From NCBI GenBank assembly GCA_965237525.1, contig CBDEFO010000004.1:160001-224000 (forward strand): a stretch of 64,000 nt of DNA, written 5' to 3'. Position 1 is the stretch's first letter; every line of letters starts with the position of its first letter. Positions 20,020 through 31,693 of the stretch are shown here, piece after piece. Below the pieces are notes generated by a model. The model was not told the origin of the DNA. It searched no databases and worked only from the letters and a program-made list of their open reading frames with translations. The stretch is from Candidatus Latescibacterota bacterium. Lineage in GTDB: Bacteria > Latescibacterota > CBDEFO01. A program made the position numbers and the translations under genes.

Positions 20020-21280
20020 ATGAGTGATCCTCGGAAGGGTTGGATTCCCGGAGTTCTATCCAAGTCACAGATGAGAAGAACTGTGTGACATGTGGTTTTA
20101 TTAGGGGTGTTCAAGATCTTGGTGAGTCAATTGACTATTCATCGATTGACTCTGCATCTGACAGACGAAGGTTATCAGATGGTTGCAGTGGATCTGTAAA
20201 ACCATGGGGAGATAGATATGAGCATTCTTCATTAAGAAACAGGGACTTCGCCAAGCCTTTGGAGGCAAGACAAAGAAGATGGCACATTTATCACTTAAAT
20301 GCAAGAGAATACCTATGTATTCAAATTACATGAGAATATATCTTCTTTGAAAAAGGCCAAAATATATGGCCAAGCTACTGCAAAAAGCTCAGTCGGACGC
20401 GTGGATGTACTTGCTCGGCTCATCGTAGACGGAATGGATTGCTATGAGACGTTTCGATCCGGATCTGGTTTGAAAGAAGATAGGCTCCGGGGAAATGTAT
20501 CTCGAAATAACACCTATCACTTTCAATGTAAGAGTCAAAGAGGGGATATCGACTCTCACAGCTGAGGCTGTTTTATGGTAAGACCTCAGATACGCTGAAG
20601 TAGCATGGAGATGAATTATATGAATCCTTGTTGTCGCAATAGACGAGGAAAGAGACGGTTCCCTTTCTGTAAATCTTTCAGAAGTGGATAATTTCAGGGG
20701 AAAAAGTCTCGGCGTTTTATGCGAAGCAAATGCGAAGAGGGAGAGGAACTTATAGGAGAAAGACGAGGACGGGTTTATAGATCTATGGGAGCATGAAGAA
20801 GCTGAAGAGAAGCCTGTCTCCGTGTAAATATTGGAGATTCCTACGGAAAGACGAACACAATAGATTAAAAATTGGGAAAGGTAATTTTTACATTATGAGA
20901 TCCAAGGAAAGGATCTCTCTGCCGGGAGGAATTGCAGTATATTGCCGTGCAATGGATGAAACAATCGGGGAAATGCGAATTCATTATGCGGGTTTCGTTC
21001 ACCCTTTCTTTGGGAAAAACCGAAAGGACAAGGAGGACGGAACCCCACTAATATTTGAAGTCCGAGGACACGATGTTGATGTCAGCCTGAGACACGAAGA
21101 AAAAATGGCAAATCTTACTTTCTACCGTATGTCTCAAGACTGTAAAGAACCCCAGGATCGTAAACCTACCTCATATACTGGACAAGAGCTGAAATTATCC
21201 AAGATATTCCAAGGACTGGCCGTCTAAAGTGAAGGTGGAATAATGATGGTAGTGTGCAAGAGGTCATCGATGGAGGCTAA
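20020..21280 (+). pseudogene. dcd: dCTP deaminase (long DCD family, dUTPase-like fold) with multiple frameshifts
   Basis: Frame-split motifs AKSSVGRVDVLARLI, LEITPITF, GEMRIHYAGFVHPFFG, FEVRGHD and YTGQELKLSKIF. Confidence 0.8.
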
Positions 21281-21282
21281 AA

Positions 21283-22336
21283 ATGGAAGACTTGTTCTCA
21301 TCAATTAAGAAAGGACTTCAAAATCGTTCGTTTGAACGAAGGGGATACCAAGAACTTAAGCGACCATTTATCTTACTTCAAAGACTTAGTGTCGGAAAAT
21401 GAAGAGATGTATCCTAACATTGAGAAGTGGGTTGATGATAAGGTTATTCCTGGGCTGAAGTCGTCTGAAAGGGCAGCTTTTGTAGGGTATTTGGATGAAG
21501 CACCCTGTCGATATCTGCCGTCGTGAAGCGGGGTAAGGATTCGAAATTCTGTCACCTTCGAATCCGTGATGATCTACAAGACATGCATCTGGGCGAAATA
21601 TTCTTTTCGTTAATGGCATTAGAAGTCCGCCACAAAGCCGAAGAAATCCATTTCACTCTTCCTGAAAGCCTGTGGGAAACAAAGCGTGAGTTCTTCCATT
21701 CATTTGGATTCAACGAGGCAACTGAGGCTGAGACCCAATATAGGCTATTCGATACTGAGTTAAGATGCTCATCCTCTTTCTCGGCAGTCTGGAGAGCTGT
21801 TTTGGATAGACTGCCTAAGATTGCGGACATCTTCTCAGTCGCTGGGTATTCTATGCACAATGGGTTATTAATGAGTATTCAACCAGAATATGCGGATAGG
21901 CTTTTAAGTGGAGCAAAAAAGAGCTGAGATACGCAGAAAATTTTCAACGAAGTGGGCTGGACAGAAAGTTAGCCTCTACGCCTCTTCTCCCTCGAATGCC
22001 CTGGTTGGTGAAGCGATGATAGATAGAGTAGTTGTAGGTGAGCCTGAGCGCATTTGGGCAGAGTTCAATTCTGAAACAGACTGTACGAAGGAGGAATTCG
22101 ATAAGTACACAGAGTCAGCCAAAGAGATTTACGCGATTGTATTTCATGAAGTGCTGCCCTACAAAGAGAAGATCTTTCTTACCCAAGTGTCCCATCTTCT
22201 AAACAAGGATTTAACACCTCCCCAATCTTATTGTACCCTTGAAAATAACAAACCATGGGTTGAGGCAGTATCTATTGCTGCACTCTTACATGGCAGCTTT
22301 AGAATTACAGAACCTCTGAATCTTCAATACAATTGA
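21283..22336 (+). pseudogene. GNAT acetyltransferase - ASCH domain fusion, frameshifted
   Basis: GNAT-like YPNIEKW, KFCHLRIRDDLQDMHLGE and FFHSFGF; ASCH-like LMSIQPEYA..LSGAK.AEIRR, LYASSP and PPQSY. Confidence 0.72.
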
Positions 22337-22400
22337 CATATCCTTTAAACACCTTGTAGGTGATTATTTAAAGGTCACTAAAACGATTACTTGAAAGGCT

Positions 22401-23404
22401 ATGAGATCGTTCATCCTGAAGCGCTTGGCTCTGTTGATCCCGACGCTGTTGGGTATATCTGTTATGGTTTTTTAATGATCCACCTCGTGCCGGGCGATCC
22501 CGCTCAAGTGATGCTGGGAGAACGGGCGAGCGCGGAAAGCCTGGCGGAGCTCAGAGCTGAGTTAGGTCTGGATAAGCCGTTTTACGTCCAGTTCGGAAGA
22601 TTCTTCTTCGGACTAATACAAGGAGATTTGGGAAGGTCTATAAAGACGCACGAGCGCGTGATCGTGGAACTTAAAAACAGATTCCCTGCGACGGTGGAGC
22701 TGGCAGTTGCAAGCATGATCTTATCCTCCATAGTCGGAATCTCAGCTGGAGTGCTGTCGGCCGTAAGGCGCGGCACCATCTTAGATTACACTGGGATGAT
22801 GGCCGCTTTGATAGGCATATCTATGCCTATATTCTGGCTGGGGCTGATATTCATACTCATCTTCTCGGTGAGTCTGGGGCTTTTCCCTATATCGGGAAGG
22901 TTAAGTTCAGATGTAGAGCTGGAGGTTGTGACCCGATTTTACGTGATAGATAGTCTGCTCGGCGCAAATATAAGAGCTTTCAAAGATGCCCTGTGGCACC
23001 TATTTCTGCCCGCGGTCGCCCTGGGGACGATTCCGATGGCGGTGATCGCAAGGATGACCCGATCAAGCATGATAGAGGTGATGGGCGAGGACTATATAAG
23101 GACAGCCTGGGCGAAGGGGCTGTCTGAGAGGATCGTGGTCCTGAAGCACGCTATGAAGAACAGCTTCACACCGACGCTGACCGTGATGGGCATCGAATTC
23201 GGATATTTGTTGGGCGGAGCGATAATAACTGAGACGATCTTTTCGTGGCCGGGTGTCGGCAGATGGTTGCTCTTTGCCGTTCAGGCGAGGGATTTCAGGG
23301 CCGTTCAGGGAGGAGTCCTTTTGATAGCGATCACATTCGTCTTGATCAACCTTATCGTGGATCTCCTCTATGCGTGGCTCGACCCGAGGATAAAGTACGC
23401 CTGA
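22401..23404 (+). CDS. dppB: dipeptide ABC permease (frameshift at T run near 22470, probably an error)
   Basis: VPGDPA, GDLGRS, RFPATVELA, DYIRTAWAKGL and ETIFSWPGVG. Confidence 0.9.
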
Positions 23405-23408
23405 CGAT

Positions 23409-24272
23409 ATGTCGAATGAGCGTCTTCAAGGAAGGAGTCTGCTCTATGAAGGATGGAGGAGACTCAAGAGGAACAAGCTGGCGATGATCGGAGGAAGCAT
23501 CCTTGTCTCCTTCCTTCTAATAGCCATCTTAGCGCCGGCGATAGCTCCTCAGGACCCTATTCAACAGCGTCTTTACAGCAGATTGACTCCTCTGTCTACG
23601 GAATCTCTCTTCGGGACCGACGATTTTGGGAGGGACATCCTAAGTCGGGTTATCTACGGAGCGAGGATCTCACTTAGGATAGGCTTGGTCTCGGTCGCCA
23701 TCGCGCTGATCGTAGGTACTGCCATGGGCTTGGCCGCTGGATATTGGGGCGGGTTCGTGGACAATCTGATCATGAGGTTTGTGGATGTGATGCTCGCCTT
23801 TCCGAGCATCCTTCTGGCTATAGTGATCGTGGCGATCATAGGTCCGAGCCTAAACAACGCTATGATAGCCGTGGGCATCGTCGTGATTCCCCAGTATGCA
23901 AGGCTGATCAGGGCTTCGGTGCTGACGATAAGAGAGCAGGAATACGTTCAGGCGGCGCGGGCTTTAGGGGCGAAGGACAGCAGGATCATATTAAGGAGCA
24001 TACTTCCAAACTGTGTGGCGCCTCTGATAGTTCAATCTACTATCGGTATGGCGACGGCCATACTCGACGCCGCCGGATTGAGCTTTCTGGGCTTGGGCGC
24101 ACAACCGCCGACGCCCGAATGGGGAGCTATGTTGAGCGGAGGACGAGAGTTGATACTCAAAGCCCCGTGGGTATTGATGTTCCCCGGCCTTGCGATATTA
24201 CTCTGCGTACTGGGATTTAATCTCTTAGGAGATGGATTGAGAGATGCGTTAGATCCCAGGATGAAGGTTTAG
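23409..24272 (+). CDS. dppC: dipeptide ABC permease
   Basis: GTDDFGRDILSR, EYVQAARALG, GAQPPTPEWG and LGDGLRDALDP. Confidence 0.92.
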   Translation: MSNERLQGRSLLYEGWRRLKRNKLAMIGGSILVSFLLIAILAPAIAPQDPIQQRLYSRLTPLSTESLFGTDDFGRDILSRVIYGARISLRIGLVSVAIALIVGTAMGLAAGYWGGFVDNLIMRFVDVMLAFPSILLAIVIVAIIGPSLNNAMIAVGIVVIPQYARLIRASVLTIREQEYVQAARALGAKDSRIILRSILPNCVAPLIVQSTIGMATAILDAAGLSFLGLGAQPPTPEWGAMLSGGRELILKAPWVLMFPGLAILLCVLGFNLLGDGLRDALDPRMKV

Positions 24273-24414
24273 TAGGTCTAGATAAGCTTTGGGTTATGTA
24301 TTCCATAGCTGAGAGCGAACATTTTCCTTAGCCTGCGTTTTCACTTGCAGCAGATGCTCTCCTAGCAGTTTCTGAAAGGAAATATACACAAACCTCTTGG
24401 GGAGGAATGTTAGT

Positions 24415-27400
24415 ATGGATGCCAAATTTTCTAAAGGCGATAAAGTTATAATTAGAGCACTGGGCAACAGGAAGGGTATAATTGATGCTGAACACGACGT
24501 AAAAAAAGGCAGATTATTGTACCCTGTTTCTATTGATCCAAACCAAGAAAGTAGTCCCTATTACCCAGAAGATTCACTGGAAAAATTTGTTCCACTAAAA
24601 TCAGTAGAACAACTATTAAAAGGAAAAGAATTTTCTGATATTGAGGATTTTATTCAGACACTGATTTATAGAAAACTGGAGAGACCTCTAGCCGACAATC
24701 TATATACGTTTTATGCCTCACGAACACAATTTCTGGTTCACCAATTTAAGCCCGTCCTTAAATTTCTCAATACGCCCAAACAAAGGCTTTTGTTGGCGGA
24801 TGAAGTTGGATTAGGCAAAACCATTGAGACAGGTATTATTCTCACAGAAATGTCTGCACGATTAGGGCAATTGTCCAGAGTTTTGATTGTATGTCCTTCC
24901 ATGTTAACCCAGAAATGGGAACAGGAGATGCACAAACGATTTAGCTTAGATTTTAGTATTTTGGACAGAGATGACTTTAGAAAATTCTTGGAGAAATATA
25001 CCAGATATGGAGAGGGAGAGAAACTAAAGGGCATAATTCCTCTCCAAATTGTTAGGTCAAAGGAAATGATCAAAAGCTTAAGAGAGATAGAACCACACTT
25101 TGATATTGTTGTGGTTGACGAAGCACATCACATGAGAAATCCTGAAACCCTAAGCAGTAAACTTGGTGAGGTTTTATCAGAATTATCAGATGCAATGCTT
25201 TTCCTCTCTGCTACACCTTTGCAATTGGGAACACCTGACCTCTTTAATCTTCTTGGTCTTCTCATCCCAGAAGAGTTTTCAGATTTTCCTTTGTTTCATA
25301 ACCTCATTGAACCTAATGAATATATTAACAATGCCCTGCGGAGATTACATGATCCATCTGCTGCACTTGAATTACTTAAGAAAGTCGAAGAAACATCTCA
25401 AAAAGAAAGGTTCATCAAAAATTCTTTCTATCGTGAAGCAATGGATCTGCTTAGCAATAATAGCAAACTAACCCGTGAACAAGCGATTCGTCTGCAGAGA
25501 CTTTTGATAGAGTTGAATTGCTTATCCTATGTATTTACCAGAACGAAAAAGAGAGATGTTCAAGTTGAATTTCCTATTAGGGAAGCAAGAGTCATTCGGG
25601 TTGAATTTACGCCAGAAGAGATGAAGTTTTACGATGCAGTCACGGATTTTGTCTCGGAACGCTTTACAGCAAGAGATGGTCTTCACAAGGAATTTCTTTT
25701 GCAGTCATAATGCCTCAAAGACAGGTGGCAAGCTGTATTCAAGCTATGAAAGAAAGTCTTGATGATATAGTCAAGAAAAGAGTTATCAGAGCCCCATCTG
25801 TAGATAATGGAGATATGATCGACTCTTCCCTTGATATTGATTCATCTTGGGAATTAGAAGACGGAGAAGTCTTTTCTATTTCGAAGCTTAAAGAAACTGC
25901 CAATAGAATAGGCAATATTGACACAAAATTTGATAGGTTTTTGGAAGTATTACGTAACCTCGAAGAAGAAGACCCCAGTGCAAAGATAATCGTGTTTGCG
26001 TTTTTTAAAAAGACTCTGGAATATCTAAGAAGAAGATTAGAAGGTACAGAGTATAGTCAAAAGGTAGGCCTAATTCATGGGGATATTGCTACAAAGCATA
26101 GACAGAAGATTATTAAGAAGTTTCGCCAAACAGATGAAATAAAAATTCTACTTTCTTCTGAAGTCAGTGGTGAGGGGTTAGACTTTGAATTCTGTACTGT
26201 AGTTTTTAACTATGATTTACCATGGAACCCAATGAAAGTGGAGCAGCGAATCGGTCGGCTAGATCGTTATGGTCAACGCCATGAAAAAATTCTTATTTAC
26301 AACTTCTCAATGGTGGGAACTGTAGATGATGAAATTTTGAACCGTCTGTACCGAAGAATAAATATTTTTGAGAGGTATATTGGAGACTTAGATGCCATCT
26401 TAGGAGACCACATAACAAAGTTAACAAGGGAGATATTTAATACAAAGCTAACTGCTGCGCAGAAGATCACAAGGATTGAAAAAGTAAGTGAAAATATAAA
26501 AAGAAGGCAGACAGAATTAGAAGAGTTTGAGAGAGAGTGCCAGAAGTTTATCGGTCAAGATGAATATTTCAATCAAGAAACCACAAGAATTAGGGAGACG
26601 AAGCGCTTCATTACTTCAATTGAAGTAAAGTTCTTTCTTGAATTCTTTCTTAAAAGCAATTTCCCAAAAACCACGTTGCTTTGTCCCAAGAGCGGAAGGT
26701 CCGACGTGTTAGTTCTCAAATGTGACGATGATTTTCGCAAATTTGTTAGACAATATTCCCCTAAAACTGATAACATAAGCGAATTAGAGAGAAAATTAGA
26801 ATTTGACGGTGGTATCTTGGTAACTTTCAAGGACGAAGAAGCCTGTAGAGACGAATCTTTGGAATTCATTACAATTCATCATCCAATAGTCAAAGCAATA
26901 AAACAGTACTATGTTGAGAATAATCAAAAGATCCATACCACAGCACAATTCCGCTTAACAGGAAAAACTGAATACCAAGGTAAATACATTTTTCTCATAT
27001 ATTTGTTAGAAAAGAGTGCGTTAAAGACCGATCTTATTTTGGTACCAATTCTTGTCAACTTGGAAAATAGTAAAGTCAACGTAGTAATGCATGAACTTTG
27101 CGATTGGTTCTTGGGTGAAATTGTGGAAGCAAAATCCCCAGGCGATGAAACTCTGGCAACGTACGAAGTCCAGAACTTTGAAACAGCATTTAAAGAGGCA
27201 GGATAATATATTGAGATGGCTCGCGATGATGAGCAGCAGAAGCTAAGGAGAAGTAACGACACATTAGTAAATAACCAAATTGAAAGTGTTAAACAGGCAA
27301 CTGAAATTAAAATAAAGAAAAGCGAAGACACTATCAGGAAACTTAAACAGGGAGGCAGTACCGAAGAAGATCCTATAGTTAGGCTTCACAGAGGAATAAT

Positions 27401-27515
27401 CCGGAACGTTCGAGATCATATGGACCAGAAAATAAGAGAATTAGAGCAAAAAAGAACTGTTTTGGTGACGTTTAATCTTATTGCGGGTGGAGTAGTGGAA
27501 ATTGAAGAATCATAA
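24415..27515 (+). pseudogene. SNF2/RapA-like helicase, frameshift near 25700 and in-frame TAA at 27204
   Basis: LLADEVGLGKT, DEAH, SATP, GEGLDF and NYDLPWNP..EQRIGRLDRYGQ; visibly AT-rich. Confidence 0.85.
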
Positions 27516-27663
27516 TCCGGGCATAGTCGGAAAAATGGCTAAGCAAAAGGGTCGCCTAAAACATATTAGATGCTCAAAGTCAACAAGGAACTCTTGAGTG
27601 CCGGGCGTGGCAACTTCTGTAATTGGCAGCATTAGACCAAATAAGACGCTGAGACAACAGAAT

Positions 27664-27972
27664 GTGTCAGACAGTCCATATTCCAAGTTTGTCAAAGACG
27701 AGTGGATCCTTCGCGACTATCTGGCTGTCGATCGCACGGTCCTCGCCAATGAGAGGACTTTCCTTGCATACATACGAACCGCTCTGACCCTCTTTATAGC
27801 CGGGGTGTCTTTCATCCAGTTCTTCGATTCTGTCGCGATCGAAGTAGTCGGATGGATATTCGTCCCTGTGGGAATAGCGACTTTCATAGTGGGATTTACA
27901 AGATACAATAAGATGAAAGGCCTAGTTCAAGGAATAAAAGAGGATGACACTACTACGCCTAACACACATTAA
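27664..27972 (+). CDS. DUF202 (YidH-like) membrane protein
   Basis: LRDYLAVDRTVLANERTFLAYIRT. Confidence 0.85.
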   Translation: MSDSPYSKFVKDEWILRDYLAVDRTVLANERTFLAYIRTALTLFIAGVSFIQFFDSVAIEVVGWIFVPVGIATFIVGFTRYNKMKGLVQGIKEDDTTTPNTH

Positions 27973-27985
27973 AAGTGATACAGTG

Positions 27986-29989
27986 ATGGGAAGTTACGCC
28001 AACAAAATATTAGTCTTATTCCTCCTCATCGCGGGCTGTGCGGCGCCTGGTCACCTGAAAACGAGCTCAAGGCCCGGGGAGGAGACGGAACTTAAAAGCG
28101 AGGCTTTGATTCACTTTGTCACGGCTAAAGCGTTCGAACTCAGAGAGAATTACTACGCCGCTATCGTGGAGTTTATGGAAGCAGCAAGGTTAGATTCGAC
28201 TTCAGCATCTATATATTACGCTATAGCCCGAAACTACATGGCGCTTCGTGAATTTGACCATAGAGCCTTAGAGTTCACTCAAAAAGCGATAAGAAGAGAC
28301 CCCTCCTTTGAAAAGGCGAACAATCTTCTGATCAACCTCTATCGCAAAAAGGGTGACAGTATCGGAATGGAGAGAGGAATCAAGAAGCTTATAGAACTCG
28401 AGCCGAGAGATTATAACAGGTATTTTGATCTCATCAATCTGTATTTCCGCGAGAACAGGTCAGAACAGGCTATAGAGATACTCGACAAGCTGGAGACCAT
28501 AGAGGTTCTCCCAACTAAGATACGTTTTGCGATAGCGAGGAATTACTCGGTCCTTGGAAAGATGCCGAAGGCCAAGAAGAACTACCGCAGGGTCATCGCT
28601 GACGATCCGAATTTCGTGGACGCCTGGCTGAGATTGGGTCTGATTCTGGAATCTGAAGGAGATAAAGAAGGGGCAATGGAGCTTTACGAGGAGGTCCTGA
28701 ACCAAGAGGCACTGAAGGGAAATCCGAGGGACATAGATATATTCGACAGGCTCTCCTCGATATACCTTTCCGATGACGATCTGATAGACAGAGCGATAGA
28801 GAAGACAGGAGAAAATAGGGACTTCCTATATTACTTGGGTTCGACCTTCTTGACGAAAGGGAAATTCAAAGAGGCAGAGGTCGTGTTTAAGGCCCTTGCA
28901 GATGAGGGAAAAGACGATAAGGCTTATAATCTTTTGGGAGCCTCGCTGTCGGCTCGAAAGAAGTACGATGAGGCAGTCTGGGCGTACAAAATGGCGTTAG
29001 AGGTTCAGCCGAATAATAGCGACTACCTGCGCTCTTTAGGGCTTGCGTTAAGCCGCTCCAAGCGTCACGATGAAGCGGTGGAACTATTTCGATCCCGTCT
29101 TGAGGAGGAACCGGACAAGAAGCTCTATCTCTTCGGACTGGGCCAGGCTTTGAGCCTGGCAGATTCCCACAATGAGGCGATTGAAACGCTCCGCTCCCTG
29201 GTGGAGATGGAGCCGGACAACGTTGAGTATGAGTATGGGCTTGGGGACGCTCTGTACAGATCGAGTTCTTACACCGAGGCAGTAGCTGTGTTTCGGGCGC
29301 TCCTTGAGCGAGATCCCAATAATACAGAATTTGCACTTTCACTGGCCTACACGCTAAGCCGCGCAAAACTTCACAAAGAGGCAATTAAACTTTTCAGAGA
29401 CCTCCATATGGGCGACCCTGAAAACGAAAGCTATCTTTTTGGATTAGCTCGGGCTTTGAACCGTTCCGGAGCTTACGATGACGCCATTCAGATTTATGCT
29501 TCTCTTGTGGAAAAAGATCCCCAGAACACAATCTATCTATTCGGGTTAGGAAATGCCCTGGAACGAACCGGGTCCTCCGATGAGGCGGTAAGCACATTTG
29601 AGACTCTGCTCAGGATAGATCCAGACCATGCGTTCGCCCTTAATTACTTAGGTTATATATTCATAGAAAAGGGTATAAAGCTGCACGAATCGGTCGGGAT
29701 GATCAAAAAGGCATTAGTCCAAGAACCCCAAAACGGACCATTTTGGGATAGCTTAGGATGGGCGTATTACCAACTAGGACAGTTAGACAAAGCCGAGGAA
29801 TACCTGGATAAGGCCGTTACGTTTGTGAATGAGAACGATAAGGAAAACGCCGTTATATTCGATCATTTGGGCGATATTTCGTTTGCCCTGGAAAAGTTTC
29901 AAAAGGCCCAGACTCACTGGATCAAGTCCCTTCAGATAGATCCTGAAAACGACAAGGTAAGGGAAAAGCTTGGGAGGCTGTCAAAATAG
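27986..29989 (+). CDS. TPR-repeat lipoprotein
   Basis: Lipobox IAGC; many TPR repeats; ALNYLGY and DSLGWAYY. Confidence 0.88.
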   Translation: MGSYANKILVLFLLIAGCAAPGHLKTSSRPGEETELKSEALIHFVTAKAFELRENYYAAIVEFMEAARLDSTSASIYYAIARNYMALREFDHRALEFTQKAIRRDPSFEKANNLLINLYRKKGDSIGMERGIKKLIELEPRDYNRYFDLINLYFRENRSEQAIEILDKLETIEVLPTKIRFAIARNYSVLGKMPKAKKNYRRVIADDPNFVDAWLRLGLILESEGDKEGAMELYEEVLNQEALKGNPRDIDIFDRLSSIYLSDDDLIDRAIEKTGENRDFLYYLGSTFLTKGKFKEAEVVFKALADEGKDDKAYNLLGASLSARKKYDEAVWAYKMALEVQPNNSDYLRSLGLALSRSKRHDEAVELFRSRLEEEPDKKLYLFGLGQALSLADSHNEAIETLRSLVEMEPDNVEYEYGLGDALYRSSSYTEAVAVFRALLERDPNNTEFALSLAYTLSRAKLHKEAIKLFRDLHMGDPENESYLFGLARALNRSGAYDDAIQIYASLVEKDPQNTIYLFGLGNALERTGSSDEAVSTFETLLRIDPDHAFALNYLGYIFIEKGIKLHESVGMIKKALVQEPQNGPFWDSLGWAYYQLGQLDKAEEYLDKAVTFVNENDKENAVIFDHLGDISFALEKFQKAQTHWIKSLQIDPENDKVREKLGRLSK

Positions 29990-30746
29990 GAGTCTCTTGA
30001 GGCTTTTGGGCTTTGTACTCGTTCTACTATGTGGATGCGCCCAGAGCGGTCTAATGAGAGATTTAACTCTCCAGGATGTAATTGCCGCTCTCCGTAGGAA
30101 CGAGCAAGATTTAAGGGACTTGTATGGGGGAGCAAACGTATTCTTGGATGTGGACGGGGTAAAGAACAGGGTCTGGGCATATGTGGCGTTTAAGAGTCCG
30201 GACTTAATGAAGATACAGGTAAATGGGTCGTTAGGCGTAAACGTCATGACGGCGCTGGCTTTCGGGGATAGTTTGGGGGTCTATCTCCCAAAAATCAAAA
30301 GTGCCGTAAAGGGAAAGATAGATGGCGATATATTCTTGCGGCTTTCAGGCATGGACTTCGGACCGGACGATCTGAGGCTCGCCTTTTTAGGGATAGTAAA
30401 TCTAAAAGAAGAAGATATAGCAAATGTCATCGAGTTCGATTTGCAGGACAATAGATGGCTGATCGTTCTGGACGAGGGCTGTAGAATTCGCCGGGTCTGG
30501 ATAGATAAGAAAGGAAGAGTTCCACTGGAGGAGTCCGTCTATGATCTGAGCGGAAATTTAGTCTTCAGACGGATAATGAAAAATTACAAGAAGACAGGAG
30601 GCGTCCTGCTTCCCAATCAAATCGAGATATTTCACCGCCAGAACACCGCTAGAATCGAGTTTATCCATCGAAAGGTAAACAGAGGCGTGGACGATAAGAG
30701 CTTTCAGATGAAAATTCCACAGGGTGTAAAGGTGGAGAGATTCTGA
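29970..30746 (+). CDS. LolB/DUF4292-like lipoprotein
   Basis: Lipobox LCGC; C-terminal F.MKIPQGVK; follows the TPR gene. Confidence 0.6.
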   Translation: MGGCQNRSLLRLLGFVLVLLCGCAQSGLMRDLTLQDVIAALRRNEQDLRDLYGGANVFLDVDGVKNRVWAYVAFKSPDLMKIQVNGSLGVNVMTALAFGDSLGVYLPKIKSAVKGKIDGDIFLRLSGMDFGPDDLRLAFLGIVNLKEEDIANVIEFDLQDNRWLIVLDEGCRIRRVWIDKKGRVPLEESVYDLSGNLVFRRIMKNYKKTGGVLLPNQIEIFHRQNTARIEFIHRKVNRGVDDKSFQMKIPQGVKVERF

Positions 30747-30823
30747 CGACGTTCCCATTGAGGGAAAATGAGCTCGCTTCAGGGATTGATCCCCCACAAT
30801 CACTACAGACCCCAGCCAAGCAA

Positions 30824-30889
30824 CGTCAATGCGACCTCCCCCCGATTGAATCTATCGGGGGTTAAATCGGGCGGGAGCAAAGCAATCTC
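30824..30889. repeat. REP-like repeat with a nested 23-bp palindrome (30839-30861)
   Basis: CGTCAATGCGA...CCCCCGATTGAATCTATCGGGGG...AAGCAATCTC. Confidence 0.75.
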
Positions 30890-30990
30890 AATTCTGGGTT
30901 GTCTGATAGAAAATCCCTTCCTTACAGAGGAAGCATTAGCCCAGAGTGGAAGCTCCATATGAAATAAAGATAAAATCTTCGGAGGTGAAA

Positions 30991-31686
30991 ATGGCCGACG
31001 AGCAAAAGCGACAATTTGTAAATTTTTCCTTCTACAAAGTAGATAGGTCATGGAGAACGTTACCTTCTGACGAAAAGCAAGAAGGAAAAAGAGACTTAAT
31101 GGCCGTTGTGGAGGATTTCTCATCAGATGTTAAATGTTTGAGCTATTCTACTGTGGGCATGCGACCCGATGCCGATCTTATGCTGTGGCGGATATCATAT
31201 TCTCTGGAGTCGTTTCAAGAGATGACGACAAAACTCCTGTCAACCGGCTTGGGGAAATATCTAGACACTACATATTCGTTTCTATCTATGACCAAAAGAT
31301 CGACCTACGTGGATAAACACACCCACGAAGGACAGGAAGGTGTGAGGTTGACTTTAACTCTAGGCGAGGGGAAATATCTCTTCGTGTATCCATTTGTCAA
31401 GACCAGAGAATGGTATCTCCTGACTAAGCCGACACGCCAGGGCATAATGAACGAACATATACAAATAGGTCACAAGTATCCGTCTGTGCTACTGAACACC
31501 ACCTATTCGTTCGGTCTGGACGATCAGGAGTTCGTAGTAGCGTTTGAGACTAACAAACCCGAGAATTTTCTCGACCTCGTGATGGAACTTCGAGAGACAG
31601 AATCGAGCAGATACACAGAAAGGGATACTCCCATATTCACCTGTATTGCCCGTGATCTTGAAGGTGCGATCGATGCTTTAGGGTGA
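30991..31686 (+). CDS. chdC: chlorite dismutase family protein, probable coproheme decarboxylase
   Basis: DADLMLW, YPFVKTREWY, MNEH and TTYSFGLDDQEFVVAFE. Confidence 0.8.
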   Translation: MADEQKRQFVNFSFYKVDRSWRTLPSDEKQEGKRDLMAVVEDFSSDVKCLSYSTVGMRPDADLMLWRISYSLESFQEMTTKLLSTGLGKYLDTTYSFLSMTKRSTYVDKHTHEGQEGVRLTLTLGEGKYLFVYPFVKTREWYLLTKPTRQGIMNEHIQIGHKYPSVLLNTTYSFGLDDQEFVVAFETNKPENFLDLVMELRETESSRYTERDTPIFTCIARDLEGAIDALG

Positions 31687-31693
31687 TATAATA

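Noticed and set aside
28900..29650. Approximately 102-bp periodicity
   Set aside because: Explained by TPR protein repeats.
30768..31123. ORFs containing PRLNLSG or PDRFNRG (also 2915-3109 and 42312-42521)
   Set aside because: These are chance translations of intergenic repeats, mostly antisense to real genes.
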